DNA from: Laetmonice hystrix
Lineage: Eukaryota
Direction: 5' to 3'
DNA length: 64,000 nt
NCBI GenBank assembly: GCA_965235115.1
Contig: OZ249445.1
Coordinates: 3,596,001 to 3,660,000, forward strand
Below are positions 57,645-64,000 of the stretch, in pieces. The position numbers and the translations under genes were made by a program. Every line of letters begins with the position of its first letter. The stretch's first letter is position 1. The notes under the pieces were generated by a model, which was given only the letters and a program-made list of their open reading frames with translations, had not been told where the DNA came from and did not search any database.

Positions 57645-58832
57645 TACTTTGTTCTTTGATTTCCTCATATTTACCGCATAGGTCAATTGCCCCATCGTGA
57701 AAATCAATTGTAGAAACCTAAAGGAAATACCTATCGACCCCGCTTAAGTCGTAACACTGATCACAACCCAGTACAAATTACTTTACAATGCCTAAAACTA
57801 TAGGAATGATTACTCCGTCCTCCAGGGTGGGACTGTCAATCCAACAACAGTATTCCAATCCCCAAGAGCCCTCCGTCTCTCTGCACACCTTCCATAGTTA
57901 CACCCTGGATAACACCCCCCCGGTCGGTGTACCCCAGGTCTGATCCCAGGACCATCTCCACACCCTCTCAGATGACAGAGGGGTAAACTGTCCCACCCTC
58001 CGTACGGATCCGGAGGTGAGAGTCAGTGGGGTACGTACGGGCCCATAGGCACGCTACAGGGCTCAACTCCGGGGCCGTGACCTTGAAACAATACAGTGTT
58101 ATGTTTTTGAGTGTCGTTTCTCACCATTCAACATTGGACAAGTGTTACCAACACTAATATGTCATACTACCGTTTCCGCACACAGCCGAGGGCAAGGCCT
58201 TCATAGGGTTGCTGTAGGAACACTTAAACCACATCAATTCAGCTAAAGTCGCCATCTAGATAGCCTGCGCAGGACCAAGTTGTTGTTTTGACACAAGGAC
58301 AACATGTTAGCAGCGACTACCAGAACTTGGCCTCAGCTATGACATCGGACCAAATTTATGGGTGACAATGCCAGACTGTGTTGTTTAATGTCGAGCCTTC
58401 TTACCCACGGTTCAGCTTTTGACCCGGTAACATTTCCCAACCTCAAAACATGAGCTTCGTTCACAGAGTACTACTGGGCACGGCGACTGGGCTGGGTGTG
58501 GGAGCGGGGTGGGGCTGAGAGGGGTGAGGTTAAACGCCTAACGGGGCACAGAATACTACGTCATCTTTGATCACCGGAAACGGGGAAACCCTGGCGACGT
58601 GACATCACAGATACAGAGGGCACTGAACCGGGCACTCAATCTACGGCGACAACTGCAGCATAATCCAATAAAGAAATAAATACTCGAGTTCTTCTGCAAG
58701 AAATGATTTTGCAATGACCCTACCCTGCACGTTTACCAGTCAGGAAGGCCCTATATTTTGTTACTATCTATATATAGTCTTATTTGCCCCTGACTCAGGC
58801 ATCCATCCTTTTAAGAACCTTCACTGACCATT

Positions 58833-59030
58833 GACCGTCCACCCAATGTTTGACGACCGTCCACCCAATGTTTGACGACCGTCCACCCAATGTTTGACGA
58901 CCGTCCACCCAATGTTTGACGACCGTCCACCCAATGTTTGACGACCGTCCACCCAATGTTTGACGACCGTCCACCCAATGTTTGACGACCGTCCACCCAA
59001 TGTTTGACGACCGTCCACCCAATGTTTGAC
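58833..59030. repeat. 22-bp tandem repeat, 9 copies
   Basis: Unit GACCGTCCACCCAATGTTTGAC. Confidence 0.96.
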
Positions 59031-60706
59031 GGTCGGTATTGCCAGGCAGTTCCATTCTATCTAAGGTCTACCAAACCACCCGGGCCTGGGCGGCCCGACA
59101 CCGCCAACTCTGACCATTACCCATTTGTTTTAACTGCCCTTTTGGCCAGGGATCACTATCCAACATACAGGCTTGGCGACGGCTGGGAAGATTTCGGGGC
59201 GAGGGGGAAGCAAGAAAAAATCCGGCCACCCTCTCTACCGCAGCCACGGTCCTGGCAGGCCAAGCACTACCGTTCTCTCGGTCTGGGCCACACCAATGAT
59301 ACGCCTGGGAACCGGCGCGACCTGATCTACGGCACAGGGTTACGGGGTCAACACAGCCGTGGATCAAGGTCACACCCAAAAAGAGCTGGGAGGGGGGCTG
59401 CCCAGATCAGGGGTATTCTAAGTTTATATGTTAAAATATATATTAAGCATCAGCCGATCAAGGTATGACTTTATCTGTTAAGAGATGTTTTTTCAGCAAA
59501 AGTGTGTAATGATGAGTCTTTTCTGTCTGGTCGTGGAGCACCAAGAGAACCAGACACGTTCATAGCCTGGGCCCAGTTTGTAAAAACTTCAGATCTTGCT
59601 TAAGCTTAAGGCTTCTGATTGAAACTTAGACCGTTGTATTATAAATTAATTAGGCAATTTTTTCATAGTGAACAACCATAAAATGTGGAATAAAGTTAGA
59701 GCGCAGCCGGAGGTGGGATTGGAGATCGAGTGAGGGCAGTGGGATTGACAGCGGCATACGGTACGGCCTCTACCGCCCCCCGTGCGTGTCCCCGCCGCCC
59801 GCCCCACCGACCGCCACTCTTTGACAGACCCGCCGTCTAATGTTTTGTGGCCAGTCCACCTAATTGCCTCAATGTGCCACTGATCTCTGCTTTGGTCTTT
59901 CCTCGCCTAACCCGTTAAGGATCAGTTCAGGGAGGGTACAACACAAGGGGAGAACCCTCACTGGGGTTGTCTGAGGGTAACACGACTGCCTGCCCCAACT
60001 GGGGTGCGGGGACTCACCCTGTGTGCACCCTTTGGTCTGCCCGACACCCGCCCAGCAAGACGTGGCCGGGTTATGTACCAAAGACTGACAGCAACTGTTT
60101 ATTACATACTTTGAAGTGTTTTCAAGGCTTTTTTGAAAGATCCTGACGTGTCTTGGTCGTGTCAGTAAGTCATTGAACACAACCGAGGTCCCTATAAATT
60201 CTGGGTTCATTAACTGGAGGCGGCGACTGCTGGGCCCAGTGAAGTCTCGGTATTACAGGGTGGGAAACCCAACCCCTACACCCAGACACCCTTCTCCTTA
60301 CCGCTACACTGCTCCACACTGGGCGGGCACTATAATGGCGACATAGAGTTCGACACCAAGGTAATTAACTACAATCACGTTACGGGAAGAAGAACAGTAT
60401 AAAGGTTAAAAACTGCTGATGGAACACCTGCATACATACATTACTTCGTCTTGTGAAAAATCACACGATGTCCTGCTACGGGGAGACAAGATGCCCCACC
60501 TTTCCACATTTAGTGATTACAAAAATTAATGTGGAGATCTGATATAGGTTAGTCCATCAATACAAGAACATAAATTTCAATGATTAGGTAAGGGTAATCC
60601 CCATGGTAATCCCTACTTGAAATTTACACGTCAAACCTAAAAATTATCATTACTGCTATGCCATAACCCTAACCCTAACCGCTACTCCTGGTCTGGATAA
60701 CCTCTA

Positions 60707-60961
<255 letters not shown>

Positions 60962-62042
60962 TTAATATAATCTTTCAAAACATTCAAACACTGAGTCAAT
61001 CTGACAACAAATCCTCCATTCCTGGTCTCTCACAGTTCTTCCAAACGATTCTTGCAGAGTTGTATTCGTTTAGTAATTTAATTTTTCTGGGCGTTGACAG
61101 TATTCATTCATTTCAAAATGACAGAGAATCACAGTAACCCCTCTCTTTAATTTAGAAGAAACATTTCGTAAACGCTTTACCCAGATAAGTTTATTTCATT
61201 TGATCGATGGATGACTGCGTGAATATATTCCTGCGGATTTTTAGAATTGTTATGTTGTACAGGTCTATCACAAAAGACATATTTGAAAGGGTAAGTGAAA
61301 AAACATCAGTTTTGCTGAAAAATAAGATAAGCCAATTTCAAACATCAAATGAAAAGCGTATGACGGGCTGAGTAGATGAAAGGCGCCACCTTAGCCGTCG
61401 TGCTAGTCTTTTGTAGGCGGCACCATTTCATTCAGGCGCTGTCATTTCGTGATGCAAAAATCAATCCCCTCCATTTTGTTGCTATGGATACCTGGACTTG
61501 TGTATTTCATTTTTTTGTACTTTTCTTAAACGAAAAAAGAGCCTCGCTTTTGCTTGCATGATTTCTGGAGATGTTTTTACTGTCTTGATTGATCTACAAA
61601 ATGTTTCTGCTTAACGTTGTAAAACCATATGTAACAAGATGATGCTAAAAAACAGCCTTTGTGGAGATGGAACGCATCAATGGCATACCAGGGCCATCAT
61701 CCCCTCACAACATAAAGTCTTTAAAGTATCACTTTGTCATCTAAAACACTGCTGATAATTAACAAAAAACAATCCAAAAAACGAGGCACGAGCGATACTA
61801 CAACAATTAAGTGTTGTGCTTCCTTTTTGCGAAGATGCAAACTTTCTGTGGTCTGACTGACAGTGCTCCCATTAACGTGCTACGGGTGGAGACGATTCGT
61901 GTCACTTATTTTGTTGAATTGTTTAATTGTGTAAATAGTATGATTGAGGCTTGGGGTGCCTGACGGCGGTAATCGATGACGGGAGGGAGGGAGGGGGTGG
62001 GGGCGGCTTTCTTAGGTCAACTTTCATCTACCGACAGTTACC

Positions 62043-62490
62043 AGTACACCTACGGACAGCCACCAGTACACCGACGGACACCCACCGGTCCACCTACGGA
62101 CAGCCACCGGTCCACCTACGGACAGCCACCGGTCCACCTACGGACAGCCACCGGTACACCTACGGACAGCCACCGGTACACCTACAGACAGCCTACGGTA
62201 CACCCACGGACAGCCACCGGTACACCTACGGACAGCCACCGGTACACCTACAGACAGCCTACGGTACACCTACGGACAGCCACCGGTACACCCACGGACA
62301 GCCACCGGTACACCTACAGACAGCCTACGGTACACCTACGGACAGCCACCGGTACACCTACAGACAGCCTACGGTACACCCACGGACAGCCACCGGTACA
62401 CCTACAGACAGCCTACGGTACACCTACGGACAGCCACCGGTACACCTACAGACAGCCTACGGTACACCTACGGACAGCCTACGGTACACC
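62043..62490. repeat. 22-bp tandem repeat with two alternating variants, ~20 copies
   Basis: ACGGACAGCCACCGGTACACCT and ACAGACAGCCTACGGTACACCT. Confidence 0.95.
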
Positions 62491-63476
62491 CGATTTTATT
62501 GGTTGTTCACGTCAATGCCAGGTCAACGATTCTGTCAACAACCAGCCATAAAACGATCGCTTCATTGCGACAACAGGCATGTGGAATGTTATTATTTTTC
62601 TCAATTTCTGTGGGTAAACATTTGATTTATGTAATTTAAGGCCTTATCTAGCCTAACAGCCAACATTTTTTACCACCAAGAGCTCCGAACACACCGACAG
62701 TGTTTCCACTACTTGCCCCCCCCCCCCCCCAACCGTACCTCACGTAATACGACGACACGAGTTTAACCTGCTCCTTTCATACCAAATACTTTGGTACCGA
62801 CACGCCACACTCACTGGCTACACACTGATCATCGTAACGCGCGTTACGCTGATCCAAGATGGAGTATCCCGATGCTCGCTTCGCGTGTTTTTGTCCAAGT
62901 TACAAGTGCTACGGTGCATCAACAACATCAGACAACGTCGGAGTATCATGATAACAGTGTAGACCGCCGTTTGTCTTATTTTAGAGTCCTAGCAGGGCGT
63001 AAATTACGAGAAAATGGAGGCGGAAGATTTGGCGATGATACCCGTAACGCGTTGAGCTGATCATCGTAACGCAAGTTTAAGTTGGTGAAATGATAGACGC
63101 AACGCGGTAAATACCTATAGACAGATCATTTCAAACTTGTTTGAGTTTTGCATAAACCGGAAGGGACCTGCCTTATATTTAGGGCCTAAGACACCACCGA
63201 AGACATTCGAAACGACCCTTCTCTCGCCTATATATAGGCCCTCTTTCAATATAAAACTATGATATAACATAATGGGGCCCGGATTATCAGCGTGTATACC
63301 CCACTCGTGTTATCATAGTGCCCGTGGACAGCAAGGCAGGGTCACGCCTGACAGGCACCCTGATTAGACCAGGGGTTCGGGGGGGGGGGGTCCAGTCTAG
63401 CTGAAAAAGCTAACTAATACCTAGCCCCATCCCCCTATGCAGGCGCGGATCCAGGGGGCCCCTATATACCCCTCCT

Positions 63477-64000
63477 GACTGTATTTTTCTTTTGAAAAAT
63501 GCACGGGCATCAGGGGTAACCCAATTACTTTGATAATGTCCCTAAAGAGAAAAGTTGTATAGTCCTCTACAGGAATCGAACCCCAGCCCCAAGATTACTG
63601 CACCCATTCGCATAGCATAAGGTGTCGACACCCATGCCCACTAGGCCACCGCCACTCCCCTTAAAAAGGAGCTTTGGTGGTCGAGCAGGACAATGGACCC
63701 TCCCCCCCTACACACATCTTCCGAAATGAGACGGAATCCATATTTTCCTAGATAGAGCTACACATGATTTCTACCGAACATTGACTGTTAAGGTAATCCT
63801 GGCACTGGCGTAGACTGTATTTTTCTTTTGAAATGCACGGGCATCAGGGGTAACCCAATTACTTTGATAATGTCCCTAAAGAGAAAAGTTGTATAGTCCT
63901 CTACAGGAATCGAACCCTGGCCCCAAGATTACTGCACCCATTCGCATAGCATAAGGTGTCGACACCCATGCCCACTAGGCCACCGCCACTTCTCTTAAAA
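63477..64000 (-). mobile_element. Two tandem copies (period 336 bp) of a tRNA-derived SINE-like sequence
   Basis: A box TGGCCTAGTGG (63648-63638) and B box GGTTCGATTCC (63582-63572). Near-identical second copy starts at 63813. Confidence 0.75.

Noticed and set aside
57151-57707. Poly-Leu/Ser/Cys/Gln ORFs
   Set aside because: Frames of the CAG microsatellite; flanking translations are not recognisable.
61951-62625. 224-aa and 191-aa ORFs
   Set aside because: Translations of the 22-bp repeat; no recognisable domain.

Overview
Repeat-rich genomic DNA from an animal, most likely a bilaterian invertebrate; the species cannot be determined from this window. Two genes lie head-to-tail on the minus strand. 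(1) A CSL / Suppressor of Hairless (RBPJ) gene: eight coding exons (60932 down to 35735, 423 codons plus stop) with GT-AG boundaries and consistent phases, and a probable long 3'UTR; its 5' exons lie beyond the right edge. (2) The first coding exon of an SBF/MTMR5-13 (Sbf) gene at 28857-28803; I could not recognise its exon 2 in the window. About a fifth of the window is mutually unrelated tandem arrays (units of 22-106 bp), plus MITE-like elements, an internally deleted LINE and a tandem tRNA-derived SINE. Most notable observations: a 79-bp array holding 33 copies of a functional RBPJ splice acceptor, where every upstream copy leads to a premature stop, with smaller acceptor duplications at two other exons; eight perfect CSL binding sites plus about 40 core sites in the CSL gene's own large intron; and a Brd box with 12-nt complementarity to miR-79 plus a K box in the putative 3'UTR. 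All counts are manual; no searches were run.
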